Below, one piece after another: positions 41,628-49,884 of a stretch of 50,422 nucleotides of DNA (within the stretch, counting starts at the first letter, position 1; every line of letters starts with the position of its first letter). The position numbers and the translations under genes were made by a program. The stretch is from the NCBI GenBank assembly GCA_964445095.1, contig CAYUJR010000005.1:1-50422 (forward strand), given 5' to 3'. The notes beneath the pieces are model-generated. The model made no database searches. It saw only the letters and a list, made by a program, of their open reading frames with translations, and was not told the DNA's origin. Source of the DNA: an uncultured Gammaproteobacteria bacterium (GTDB taxonomy: Bacteria > Patescibacteriota > Microgenomatia > Levybacterales > JACOYD01).

Positions 41628-42910
41628 CTTTTCACCACCTCCATTTTTACCCCCAGTCGGGCTAAATCCTGCCAAAAACCAGGGTAGGATTTGCTGATAA
41701 CTTCGGCATTTTTAATCATAATCCCTCTTTTGGCTCCCAGAGCGGCAATAGCCATACTCATGGCCATACGATGATCCTCGTGCGTATTGATAACTCCGCC
41801 CTTAGGGGGTCTACCGGCAATAGTTAAGGAATTTTTGTTATGAGATACCTCAACTCCGATTTTTTTTAACTCGCGGGCAGTATCGGTGATGCGGTCCGTT
41901 TCCTTATAAGTAAGATGACCAATATTTTTGATATGAGTTTTCCCCACAGCGTAGCTCGCCACTGCCGACAATGTCTGCACTGTATCGGGGCAATTTTCCA
42001 TGTCAACAGTAATTCCTCGTAGAGGGAAGTTCCCCTTGACAGTAACTTGATGGTCGGTATCTTCTATTTGGCAACCCATTTGGGTAAGAATGTTGAGAAA
42101 AACTTTGTCTGCCTGGGGCAGTTTTAAGTTCAAATTGCCTACACTAACCTGACCGCCAGTCACCGCTGCTGCAGCAAATAAATAAGAAGCAGAGGAAAAA
42201 TCACCCTCGATAGCCATGGTGGTAGCCTGGTATGCTTGACCAGGCCGAACGATAAAAACTCGATAATTATCATTTTGTACCTTGACACCGAATTTATTCA
42301 TGACCATAATGGTGGTGTCAACATATGGCTTGGAGGGAAATCTACCTTCAATTTTCAGTCGTAATCCCTTTTTGGCAAAAGGGGCAACCAGCAGTAGAGC
42401 CGAAACAAATTGTGAGCTGGCATTTGGTTTAATAGTAATCTCTCCACCTAAGATTTTACCTCCAGTAATTTTTAGCGGAGCATGACCATTTTTTGCCAGA
42501 GACTTAGTTTTAATACTCAAAGCCTTTAGGCTTTGCAAGAGTTCTTTCATCGGTCGCTCGTGCATCCGTTTACTGCCGGAAATAACAGTAGTGCCGGTAG
42601 CTAAAGCAGCAATGGCCGTAATAAATCTCATGGTGGTGCCGGAATTATTAACTTTAATAGTTTTTTTAGGGACAACGAGTTGTCCACCACTGCCCTTGAT
42701 TGTCAGGGTGGCGCCTTGCCGCTTAATTTTTACACCAAAAGCTCGGCAGGCATTGATAGTTTGCATAGTGTCATTGCTAACTAAGGCGTTTTTAACTACA
42801 GACGTTCCTTTGGCCAGTGAGGCAATGACGGCCGCTCTATGAGTCATACTCTTGGAGGGCGGCGCCGTGACTTTCCCCTTGACTTTTGATGGGAAAATTT
42901 TTATATTCAT
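41624..42910 (-). CDS. aroA: EPSP synthase
   Basis: Motifs PPSKS, NSGTTMRF, SSQFVSALL, KETDRI and DHRMAM. Confidence 0.95.
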   Translation of the reverse strand: MNIKIFPSKVKGKVTAPPSKSMTHRAAVIASLAKGTSVVKNALVSNDTMQTINACRAFGVKIKRQGATLTIKGSGGQLVVPKKTIKVNNSGTTMRFITAIAALATGTTVISGSKRMHERPMKELLQSLKALSIKTKSLAKNGHAPLKITGGKILGGEITIKPNASSQFVSALLLVAPFAKKGLRLKIEGRFPSKPYVDTTIMVMNKFGVKVQNDNYRVFIVRPGQAYQATTMAIEGDFSSASYLFAAAAVTGGQVSVGNLNLKLPQADKVFLNILTQMGCQIEDTDHQVTVKGNFPLRGITVDMENCPDTVQTLSAVASYAVGKTHIKNIGHLTYKETDRITDTARELKKIGVEVSHNKNSLTIAGRPPKGGVINTHEDHRMAMSMAIAALGAKRGIMIKNAEVISKSYPGFWQDLARLGVKMEVVKR

Positions 42911-43344
42911 GATTTTCTAATGTGTTTTATTAATTTTTTAAGACCAACAAGATAACTTTGTTCCTTGAGTCCCATGATTCGATCGACGACAATGCCGGTC
43001 AGAACGTCCTTTTTGCGGAAAGCTTCACGCTTAGTGATGTCTGATAGATGCGTTTCTACGACCGGCACTTTAGCATCCTCCAGGCCGTCTCGCAAAGAAT
43101 AGCCATAGTGGGTTAGGGCCCCGGGATTAATCATAATTCCGTCAACTTTACCCCGATATTTTTGAATAGCATCAACTAGTGCTCCTTCGTGATTTGACTG
43201 AAAAAAGACCAGCTTAACTCCTAATTCTTGGGCTAGATTTACCAAGAGTTTTTTGATGTCAATTAGGGTCAGTACTCCATAATGCTTAACACTACGGCGA
43301 CCCAGCATATTTAAATTCGGCCCATTTAAAACTAAAATTTTCAT
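42907..43344 (-). CDS. aroQ: Type II 3-dehydroquinate dehydratase
   Basis: Motifs LNGPNLNMLG, QSNHEG, INPGALTH and ETHLS. Confidence 0.94.
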   Translation of the reverse strand: MKILVLNGPNLNMLGRRSVKHYGVLTLIDIKKLLVNLAQELGVKLVFFQSNHEGALVDAIQKYRGKVDGIMINPGALTHYGYSLRDGLEDAKVPVVETHLSDITKREAFRKKDVLTGIVVDRIMGLKEQSYLVGLKKLIKHIRKS

Positions 43345-44369
43345 ACTTTACTGGCTTTGTCAAAAGCGTCTGACATAATTTTTACGACATCACTACTCGG
43401 TTCATCAACAGTAAACATAAGAGAAAGAGCCAGAAAGGCCTGCCACACCAGCATACCCTTGCCATTAAGAGTTTTAAAACCAGCCTCTCGTGCTTGTTGA
43501 AGCATTGGCGTTTCTACCGGATTATAGATTAGGTCGGCAAAAACAACATCTTTCCTCTTTCCTTTTAAGACACGGAGAGCATTTGCTGAAAGTTGATGAT
43601 TTTCTTTTAGAGAAATGCTAGTTGGTGCAAGAGACGAGTAAGGTTCTTCCGGCTTTTCTGCCTGGCCTTTAGCCGAGGCATTTAACACTAAATCAAAAGT
43701 CCCCGACCCCACGAGTTGCGGAATTTTTTGTTCTTCAATTGTCCAAAGCTTATTTGCTGAATAGAATCTTTCTAAATGAGCTACCAGTCTTGCTGAATTT
43801 TCAGCAGTTCTATTAGCAATCGTGACTCTTTCCACACCTGCATCCAGCAAGGCGGGGACTACGCCTCTGGCTCCGCCGCCTGCTCCAACTAGTAAAACCG
43901 ACAGCCCTTGAAAATTAGGAATGATCGTTTTTAAGTTTTTTATCTCTCCTTCTCCATCGGTGTTATAGCCCACCAGCATTTCTTCTCTGGCCACCACTGT
44001 ATTAACAGCTCCGGCCTTACGTGCCGACTCGTCAATGCTGCCCCCGAGCCTTGGTATTTGTTCTAAAACGAATCTCTTCCAGGGCATACCCACATTAAAA
44101 CCAATACAGTTGGCGTCTTGACGAATAATCTTCATCATTTTTTTGACTGCGCTTTCTGTGGGAATATCTAAAGCTTGATAATAAGCGTGAATTCTCAAAG
44201 CCTCAAATGCCGCATTCCACATATCAGGAGACTTACTATAAGGAGAAATAACCTCTCCAAATAAAAATATACCCATGACATCACCTGACAATTTTTCAAC
44301 CCCTTTTCTATCAGTGTCTAACTTATTAGTAATCAGTGACGCAATTTCTTGTAATTTTTCTACTTTCAT
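43341..44369 (-). CDS. aroE: Shikimate dehydrogenase family protein
   Basis: Motifs SKSP, GAVNTV, NTDG, GAGGGAR, IANRT, DLIYNP and GMLVWQA. Confidence 0.88.
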   Translation of the reverse strand: MKVEKLQEIASLITNKLDTDRKGVEKLSGDVMGIFLFGEVISPYSKSPDMWNAAFEALRIHAYYQALDIPTESAVKKMMKIIRQDANCIGFNVGMPWKRFVLEQIPRLGGSIDESARKAGAVNTVVAREEMLVGYNTDGEGEIKNLKTIIPNFQGLSVLLVGAGGGARGVVPALLDAGVERVTIANRTAENSARLVAHLERFYSANKLWTIEEQKIPQLVGSGTFDLVLNASAKGQAEKPEEPYSSLAPTSISLKENHQLSANALRVLKGKRKDVVFADLIYNPVETPMLQQAREAGFKTLNGKGMLVWQAFLALSLMFTVDEPSSDVVKIMSDAFDKASKV

Positions 44370-44376
44370 AGGCAAT

Positions 44377-44426
44377 AAAAAACCTCCCCTTCTTGGGAGG
44401 TTAAGTATAGCAAGAGCTAACCTCCC
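44377..44426 (-). terminator. Attenuator (terminator plus antiterminator) of the aro operon
   Basis: GGGAGGTTAG ... TAACCTCCC-aagaag-GGGAGG-TTTTTT. Confidence 0.85.
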
Positions 44427-44473
44427 TACGGCGTAAGGTAAAAGAAACCGAAGGTTTTGGTTAGTTTCTGCAT
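44426..44473 (-). CDS. Phe/Tyr-rich leader peptide MQKLTKTFGFFYLTP
   Basis: 15-codon ORF between promoter TTGACA(44513-44508)-17-TATATT(44490-44485) and the terminator preceding aroE. Confidence 0.85.
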   Translation of the reverse strand: MQKLTKTFGFFYLTP

Positions 44474-44490
44474 AAGTTATTTATAATATA

Positions 44491-44841
44491 TCAGATAGTT
44501 TTTATCTTGTCAACAATGACCTTAAAGGCGGTGGGATCGGTTACTACCAAATCGGCCAGAATTTTTCTGTCTAATTCGATGTGAGCCTTCTTCAGTCTAT
44601 TGATAAAAAGACTATAAGAAAGTTCTTCTTTTTTAACAGCCTCCCCAATTCTGGTGATCCACAGTCGGCGGAAATCTCGTTTTCGCAGTTTTCTGCCGTG
44701 ATAAGCGTAAGCTCCGGCGTGCAAAGCGGCTTGACGGGCTACTCGAACAAGCTTACTTTTTGTCCCCCGATAACCCTTCGTTAATTTTAATAACTTTTTG
44801 TGTCTTCGGCGTGATGTTATTCCTCTTTTAACTCTAGCCAT
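44491..44841 (-). CDS. rplT: 50S ribosomal protein L20
   Basis: Motifs [19 protein letters not shown] and LDRKILADL. Confidence 0.97.
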   Translation of the reverse strand: MARVKRGITSRRRHKKLLKLTKGYRGTKSKLVRVARQAALHAGAYAYHGRKLRKRDFRRLWITRIGEAVKKEELSYSLFINRLKKAHIELDRKILADLVVTDPTAFKVIVDKIKTI

Positions 44842-45031
44842 ATCCTAATAACTTTTTAATATTTCTGGCTTGTTTTCCAATTAATTGAGTCGGCTCTTTA
44901 TATCTTCTCAATTGTTTCTTTGTCTTTTTTGCTTTTAAATGGCGGGAGTATTGGTGACCACGTAAAATTTTTCCCTTTTTGGTGATTTTAAATCGCTTGA
45001 GTATCCCCTTTTTTGTTTTCATCTTTCGCAT
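44834..45031 (-). CDS. rpmI: 50S ribosomal protein L35
   Basis: KMKTKKG-KRFKIT; lies between infC and rplT. Confidence 0.93.
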   Translation of the reverse strand: MRKMKTKKGILKRFKITKKGKILRGHQYSRHLKAKKTKKQLRRYKEPTQLIGKQARNIKKLLGYG

Positions 45032-45566
45032 AAGCTTTTTTCCTTTCTGGAGAGAGCAGGGTAATTAGTAATTTTCCCTCAAAACGCGGCTCTCTATCAA
45101 CTTTCGAGATATCCGTAAGTCCTCCTATGAAAGTTTGCAAAACTCTTTGACCAAATTCCGGATGGGTGATTTGGCGGCCGGAAAACTTAACAACCAGTCT
45201 TATTTTATTTCCTTGTTGTAAAAATTTTTGAGCATTGGATAACTTGGTTTTTAAATCATGTTTGTGTGTAAATGGTCCTAACCTTATTTCTTTAGTTTCG
45301 GAAGAATGAGTTTTTTTTCGTTCCTCTCGGCGTCTTTTTTCTTCCTGATAAAGAAACTTTTTAAAATCTATTATTTTAACAACAGGAGGAACAGCGTTAG
45401 ATGCAATTTCAACCAAATCAAGCTGTGCCTCTTGCGCTTTCTTTAGTGCTTCATCTTTAGCGACTACTCCAATCTGTTTCCCTGTCTCATCAATCAACCG
45501 CACTTCTCGCGCTTGAATTTGTTGATTTAACCGATAAAACTTTTTTTGACTTGCCACTCGTTTAAT
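44988..45566 (-). CDS. infC: Translation initiation factor IF-3 (probable ATT start)
   Basis: Motifs NQQIQAREVRLID, DLVEIA and KEIRL. An in-frame ATT at 45566 follows GAGG plus 6 nt. Confidence 0.93.
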   Translation of the reverse strand: MKRVASQKKFYRLNQQIQAREVRLIDETGKQIGVVAKDEALKKAQEAQLDLVEIASNAVPPVVKIIDFKKFLYQEEKRRREERKKTHSSETKEIRLGPFTHKHDLKTKLSNAQKFLQQGNKIRLVVKFSGRQITHPEFGQRVLQTFIGGLTDISKVDREPRFEGKLLITLLSPERKKAYAKDENKKGDTQAI

Positions 45567-47307
45567 TTTTTTCCTCGATTTGGGTTTTTAAATTTTCTAT
45601 AAATTGTGACAAACTTTTTTGACCCAAATCTTTTCCCTCCCTTGTTCGAAGAGAGATAGCATCTCCGGCTTTCTCCTTATCCCCCATTATAACCATATAG
45701 GGTACCTTTTGTAAAGTGGCGTCGCGGATTTTGGCCTGCATAGTTTGAGAGCGGTCATCAAGTTCTACCTTAAATCCATTACTTCTTAATTTACTAGCTA
45801 CCAAGTTGGCCTGCTTAACATGCCGCTCGGCAATGGGAATAATCATTATTTGAACCGGAGAAAGCCACAGCGGAAAAGCTCCGGCATAATGTTCAATTAA
45901 AATACCAAAAAAGCGGTGGACTGAGCCAAAAATAGCCCGATGGATCATCACCGGCCGTTGTTCTTTGCCATTGCTATCAATGTAGGTAATCTTAAAGCGC
46001 TCCGGCATGGCAAAATCCAGCTGGATAGTGCCGCATTGCCACTGTCGTCCCAGCGAATCGGTTAGATGAAAATCAATTTTGGGTCCATAGAAAGCTCCGT
46101 CTCCCGGATTTATTTGATAATCAAACTTAAAATCCTCTAGTACTTTTTGAAGAATTTTTTCTGATTTTTCCCACATTTGGGCCGTGCCGATAGATTTTTC
46201 CGGTCTGGTCGACAGCTCGACTTTCATTTTTTTAAAGTGGAAAGGCTCGTAAATTGCCAGAGCCAGTTCTATCACTTTTTTAATCTCTTCTTCAATCTGG
46301 TCTTCCTTGCAAAAAATATGAGCATCGTCTTGCCTAAAGGCCCGCTCTCGCAGCAGCCCATTTAAAGTGCCCGATGGTTCAAATCTATGCACCAATCCCA
46401 ACTCTCTCCATCTAATCGGCAGTTCCCGATAGGAGTGAGGCCGGTTTTTATAAATAATAATCATCCCCGGACAATTCATGGGTTTTAAAGCCATGTCTTT
46501 ATCGTCGGCTGAAGTAAAGTACATTTTATCTTTATAATTATCCCAGTGTCCTGATATCTTCCATACGTCGTTAGTTAAAACAACTGGTCCGGATACCTCT
46601 TCGTAGCCCGCTTGATCATGCATTTTGTTCCAAAAGTCAATTAATGGTTGGCGCATTCTCATACCGTTGGGATGCCAAAAAATAAAGCCCGGTCCTTCCT
46701 CGTGAAAACTAAATAGGTCAAGTTCGGCGCCGATTTTTTTATGGTCTCTTTTTTTGGCCTCCTCCTGCTGCCAGAGATATTGGTCGAGTTCCTCTTGGGT
46801 AGGAAAACAAGTACCATAAATTCGAGTTAACATTTTATTTTTCTCATCTCCCCGCCAATAGGCTCCGGCAACAGATAACAGTTTAAAAGCCCCAATCTCT
46901 TTGGCTAGATTTTGGGCATGTCCACCTTTACACAGATCCAGGAATGATCCCTGCTTAGTTTCCGTAATTTTTTCCCCTTGAGTGGATAACGCATCGATTA
47001 GCTCTAATTTATATGGATTCCATGAGAAATCTTTTTTGGCTTGTTTCACTGAAACCTGCTTTATCTGAAAATCATCCCAGGTTTTCAAGATTTGACGCAT
47101 TTTATTTTCAATTTTTGGAAAATCTACATTCGAGATTGTAATAGCTCCTAAATCGAAATCTTGATAAAAACCATTTTCTATTGAAGGGCCAATAGCATTT
47201 TTGGCATCAGGGAAAAGTTCTAACACGGCAGCCGCCAAAAGATGGGCGCAGGAATGGCGAATATTTTGTAATTTTTGGCCAAACGGCTTATTATTGTTAT
47301 TCTTCAT
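45562..47307 (-). CDS. thrS: Threonine--tRNA ligase
   Basis: Motifs RHSCAHL, DLCKGGH, RDHKKIG, KPMNCP, FYGPKID and WQCGTIQLDF. Confidence 0.97.
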   Translation of the reverse strand: MKNNNNKPFGQKLQNIRHSCAHLLAAAVLELFPDAKNAIGPSIENGFYQDFDLGAITISNVDFPKIENKMRQILKTWDDFQIKQVSVKQAKKDFSWNPYKLELIDALSTQGEKITETKQGSFLDLCKGGHAQNLAKEIGAFKLLSVAGAYWRGDEKNKMLTRIYGTCFPTQEELDQYLWQQEEAKKRDHKKIGAELDLFSFHEEGPGFIFWHPNGMRMRQPLIDFWNKMHDQAGYEEVSGPVVLTNDVWKISGHWDNYKDKMYFTSADDKDMALKPMNCPGMIIIYKNRPHSYRELPIRWRELGLVHRFEPSGTLNGLLRERAFRQDDAHIFCKEDQIEEEIKKVIELALAIYEPFHFKKMKVELSTRPEKSIGTAQMWEKSEKILQKVLEDFKFDYQINPGDGAFYGPKIDFHLTDSLGRQWQCGTIQLDFAMPERFKITYIDSNGKEQRPVMIHRAIFGSVHRFFGILIEHYAGAFPLWLSPVQIMIIPIAERHVKQANLVASKLRSNGFKVELDDRSQTMQAKIRDATLQKVPYMVIMGDKEKAGDAISLRTREGKDLGQKSLSQFIENLKTQIEEKN

Positions 47308-47313
47308 AAAAAT

Positions 47314-47370
47314 AAAAAAACCTCCCGCCTGGGAGGAGTTTTGCTATAACGGCGCAAACAACAACCTCCC
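47314..47370 (-). terminator. Attenuator (terminator plus antiterminator) of thrS
   Basis: GGGAGGTT ... AACTCCTCCC-aggc-GGGAGG-TTTTTTT. Confidence 0.85.
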
Positions 47371-47418
47371 TCAAGAGAGCTTGGTTGTCGTCGTAGAAGC
47401 TATAGCGCTTTGTTTCAT
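47371..47418 (-). CDS. Thr-rich leader peptide MKQSAIASTTTTKLS
   Basis: ACG ACG ACA ACC run; promoter TTGACA(47459-47454)-17-TATAGT(47436-47431). Confidence 0.88.
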   Translation of the reverse strand: MKQSAIASTTTTKLS

Positions 47419-47447
47419 AAGATAAAAGTTACTATACCAAAACAACC

Positions 47448-48749
47448 TCAAGTTGTCAATAGATAATTTTTGAAGTCGGAATATAGATTAGATAACGCGA
47501 TTGTTTTTTTCTTTTTTTGTATAATCTCTTTGAGATTTTTGGGCAGAGCCACTTTTTGTTTTAGGGCTCTTTCTATTGTTTCCGGGAATTTGGCCGGATG
47601 GGCTGTGGCCAAAAAAATATTACTTGATGGTTCTTGGTTTTGCTGAATATACGCTTTGAGTCCCAAGTAAGCTACGGCACTATGCGGATCGAGAATATAA
47701 TGGTACCTTTTGTCAACTTCCCTAATGGCTTGAACAGTTTCTTCGTCGGTAAAACTTTTACTAAAAATATCTTTTTGCATTAATTTAAGATTATTTTGAT
47801 AAAGCTCGCGGATTCTGGCTAAATTATTGGGATTACCTACATCCATGGCATTAGAAAGAGTTTGTTTGGCAGGTTTCGGTTTAAAAGCTCCGGTTTGAAC
47901 AAAATGGGTAAAAACGTCATTAATATTGGTGGCAGCTACCAGTCGAGCCTTAGGTAGACCCATTTTTTTAGCAAGAACCCCGGCTGTAAAATTGCCCAGA
48001 TTACCGCAGGGAATAGAAAAAACCACCGGCCTTGCTTTGTTTGGCAGTTGAGCCCAGGCGTAAAAATAATAAAAAACTTGCGGCAGGAGACGAGCAATGT
48101 TAATAGAATTAGCAGAAGTCAGGGTTAATCTTCTTTTTAATGTTTTATCTAAAAATGCTTCTTTGATCAGTTTTTGACAGTCATCAAATGTTCCTTCTAT
48201 CTCGAGAGTAATAATATTCCCTCCCATGGTAGTAAGTTGAAGTTCCTGCGTTGGACTAACCTTTCCCTTGGGATAAAGTATAATCACTTTAACTTGGGGA
48301 ACATTATAAAATCCCGCTGCCACCGCGCTGCCGGTGTCGCCCGAGGTAGCCACCATGACAGTGGTAGTTTTTTTATTGCTATTGGCTAAAGCGGAAGTGA
48401 GTCTGGCCATAAAACGGGCCCCAAAATCTTTAAACGACAGCGTGGGGCCATGAAAAAGTTCTAAAACCCAAAGGTTATTATCTAATTTTTTAAGATTGAC
48501 TGGGAAGTTCATGCTTTCATTGACAATTTGTCGTAAGTTTTTAGTTGCGATATCGCCTGCAAAAAGCATTTTTGCCAGCTCTAAGGCCACCTCGGTAAAA
48601 GAGAGAAAGCGAAATTTTTCTATCATTTTGGCTGAAAGACGGGGAATCACTCGTGGCAGATAAAGTCCTCCGTCCGGGGCCAGACCGGTAAGAGTAGCTT
48701 GAGCCAGAGAGGCAGATGGGCTTTCTCGGCCAGTACTGTAATAGTCCAT
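47448..48749 (-). CDS. thrC: Threonine synthase
   Basis: Motifs GLAPDGGLY, ELFHGPTLSFKD, ATSGDTG, NSINIAR and TAHPAKF. Confidence 0.95.
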   Translation of the reverse strand: MDYYSTGRESPSASLAQATLTGLAPDGGLYLPRVIPRLSAKMIEKFRFLSFTEVALELAKMLFAGDIATKNLRQIVNESMNFPVNLKKLDNNLWVLELFHGPTLSFKDFGARFMARLTSALANSNKKTTTVMVATSGDTGSAVAAGFYNVPQVKVIILYPKGKVSPTQELQLTTMGGNIITLEIEGTFDDCQKLIKEAFLDKTLKRRLTLTSANSINIARLLPQVFYYFYAWAQLPNKARPVVFSIPCGNLGNFTAGVLAKKMGLPKARLVAATNINDVFTHFVQTGAFKPKPAKQTLSNAMDVGNPNNLARIRELYQNNLKLMQKDIFSKSFTDEETVQAIREVDKRYHYILDPHSAVAYLGLKAYIQQNQEPSSNIFLATAHPAKFPETIERALKQKVALPKNLKEIIQKKKKTIALSNLYSDFKNYLLTT

Positions 48750-48813
48750 AATTAAATCTATAAATTTAGCCTCGATTATACCGAGAAATTATAGATAAAA
48801 ATATATAATAAAG

Positions 48814-48874
48814 TGACCGCTGGTGGACTTGAACCACCGACCTTCACAATGTCAATGTGACGCTCTAGCCAACT
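48814..48874 (-). pseudogene. tRNA-Val(GAC) 3' fragment lacking the first ~13 nt
   Basis: AGTTGGCTA GAGC G TCACA TT-GAC-AT TGTGA AGGTC GGTGG TTCAAGT CCACC AGCGGTC A. Confidence 0.75.
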
Positions 48875-48880
48875 CAGGCG

Positions 48881-49055
48881 TGGGCATTGTAGGATTTTGG
48901 ACCTACGGCCTGTCGCACCTGCCCGCCGCGGTGTGCGCCTGCATGGATTTGAACCATGGACCTCTTCGATGTCAACGAAGCGCTCTACCCCTGAGCTACA
49001 AGCGCATTTTGACAGGCGGGCATCAAGCGACTACTCTACCCTAAGCTAAGCGCCC
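48881..49055 (-). other. Split tRNA-like gene whose anticodon loop encloses the intact tRNA-Val
   Basis: 5' half GGGCGCT TA GCTT AGGGTA GAGT A GTCGC (49055-49027). 3' half GCGAC AGGCC GTAGG TCCAAAAT CCTAC AATGCCC A (48916-48881). Confidence 0.65.
48934..49005 (-). tRNA. tRNA-Val(GAC)
   Basis: Full cloverleaf GCGCTTG TA GCTC AGGGGTA GAGC G CTTCG TT-GAC-AT CGAAG AGGTC CATGG TTCAAAT CCATG CAGGCGC A; CCA not encoded. Confidence 0.93.
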
Positions 49056-49309
49056 AATAAAATTCTTTTGCTAACAACTATTCTATCAATTATGTCCCTT
49101 CTCTTTAACCTTTTTAGTTTATACTCAATACTTCTTGCTTTGCTCAAGCTTTCGTATCGCTGACTAAAAACAAGCTTGAAAGGTCTTGTTAATTGCGTAT
49201 ACTTTAATCTTCCAAAATTATGCTCAACTAATCTTCTTTCTAAATTATTAGTTGATCCGATGTAATACCGATCATTTACTAAAGATCTTAGAATATATAG
49301 TATTCCCAT
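49046..49309 (-). CDS. GIY-YIG nuclease family protein
   Basis: LYILRS...YYIGSTNNLERRLVEHN...RPFKLV...IEYKLKRLK. Confidence 0.88.
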   Translation of the reverse strand: MGILYILRSLVNDRYYIGSTNNLERRLVEHNFGRLKYTQLTRPFKLVFSQRYESLSKARSIEYKLKRLKRRDIIDRIVVSKRILLGA

Positions 49310-49367
49310 TGAACCTATGACCCGTCCGACGTCATGTCGGACTGCTCTACCACTAAACTAACCGTCC
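49308..49367 (-). pseudogene. tRNA-like 5' fragment that breaks off in the T-loop at the GIY-YIG start codon
   Basis: GGACGGT TA GTTT AGTGGTA GAGC A GTCCGAC ATGAC GTCGGAC GGGTC ATAGG TTCA|ATG. Confidence 0.65.
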
Positions 49368-49428
49368 AGACCTCGCCCATTTTACCAACTTTAGTTAATA
49401 AATGCTACTAGGGATTAGAAAGTTATGC

Positions 49429-49746
49429 TTATTTGTCCGTAGGTTCGACCTGTTCCCAGACGCCTCCTGCGCGTATTGTTAGGTCATTAAACCAATCACC
49501 AACCTCATTTAACAACATTGCATCTTGATGTGTAACAGTTGGCTTTTGTTCAGGATGGCCATTGTTGCCTTCAGACAAAAGGTGTCTTGCCAGCTCATGA
49601 GTACCACTGACGTGTGGTGGTAAATCTCTACCCAGCGCACGCATTGCCAACATAAGACAACTGACGCCAACGGCAAGATGATGACGTGCTTCCCTCAAAC
49701 CTTCCTGCTCTTCTCCATGATTATTTCCTCTAGCTTGTTCTACCAT
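49429..49746 (-). CDS. Hypothetical protein (105 aa)
   Basis: ORF with strong SD AAGGAGGTG; no recognised domain. Confidence 0.7.
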   Translation of the reverse strand: MVEQARGNNHGEEQEGLREARHHLAVGVSCLMLAMRALGRDLPPHVSGTHELARHLLSEGNNGHPEQKPTVTHQDAMLLNEVGDWFNDLTIRAGGVWEQVEPTDK

Positions 49747-49766
49747 ATTTACACCTCCTTTCCATT

Positions 49767-49835
49767 AAAAAACCTCCCGTTGGGGAGGTTTCATTTTGCG
49801 GAGCATTTTAAAAAACTACCGCAATAGACCTCCCC
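49767..49835 (-). terminator. Attenuator upstream of the 105-aa orphan
   Basis: GGGGGAGGT ... AAACCTCCCC-aac-GGGAGG-TTTTTT. Confidence 0.78.
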
Positions 49836-49884
49836 CTTGGAAGGCAATAATAATTCCAATAATTTGATTGCTTTGTAATGACAT
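49816..49884 (-). CDS. Ile-rich leader peptide MSLQSNQIIGIIIAFQGGGLLR
   Basis: Leaderless ORF 7 nt after TTGACA(49920-49915)-17-TATTAT(49897-49892); five ATT codons. Confidence 0.75.
   Translation of the reverse strand: MSLQSNQIIGIIIAFQGGGLLR

Noticed and set aside
48814-48874. tRNA 3' fragment as the att site of a prophage
   Set aside because: Its sequence differs substantially from the intact tRNA-Val, so it is not a direct repeat, and no integrase is adjacent.
48823-49044. 73-aa plus-strand ORF with a repeated MDLNH motif
   Set aside because: It is the antisense reading of tRNA and tRNA-like sequences.
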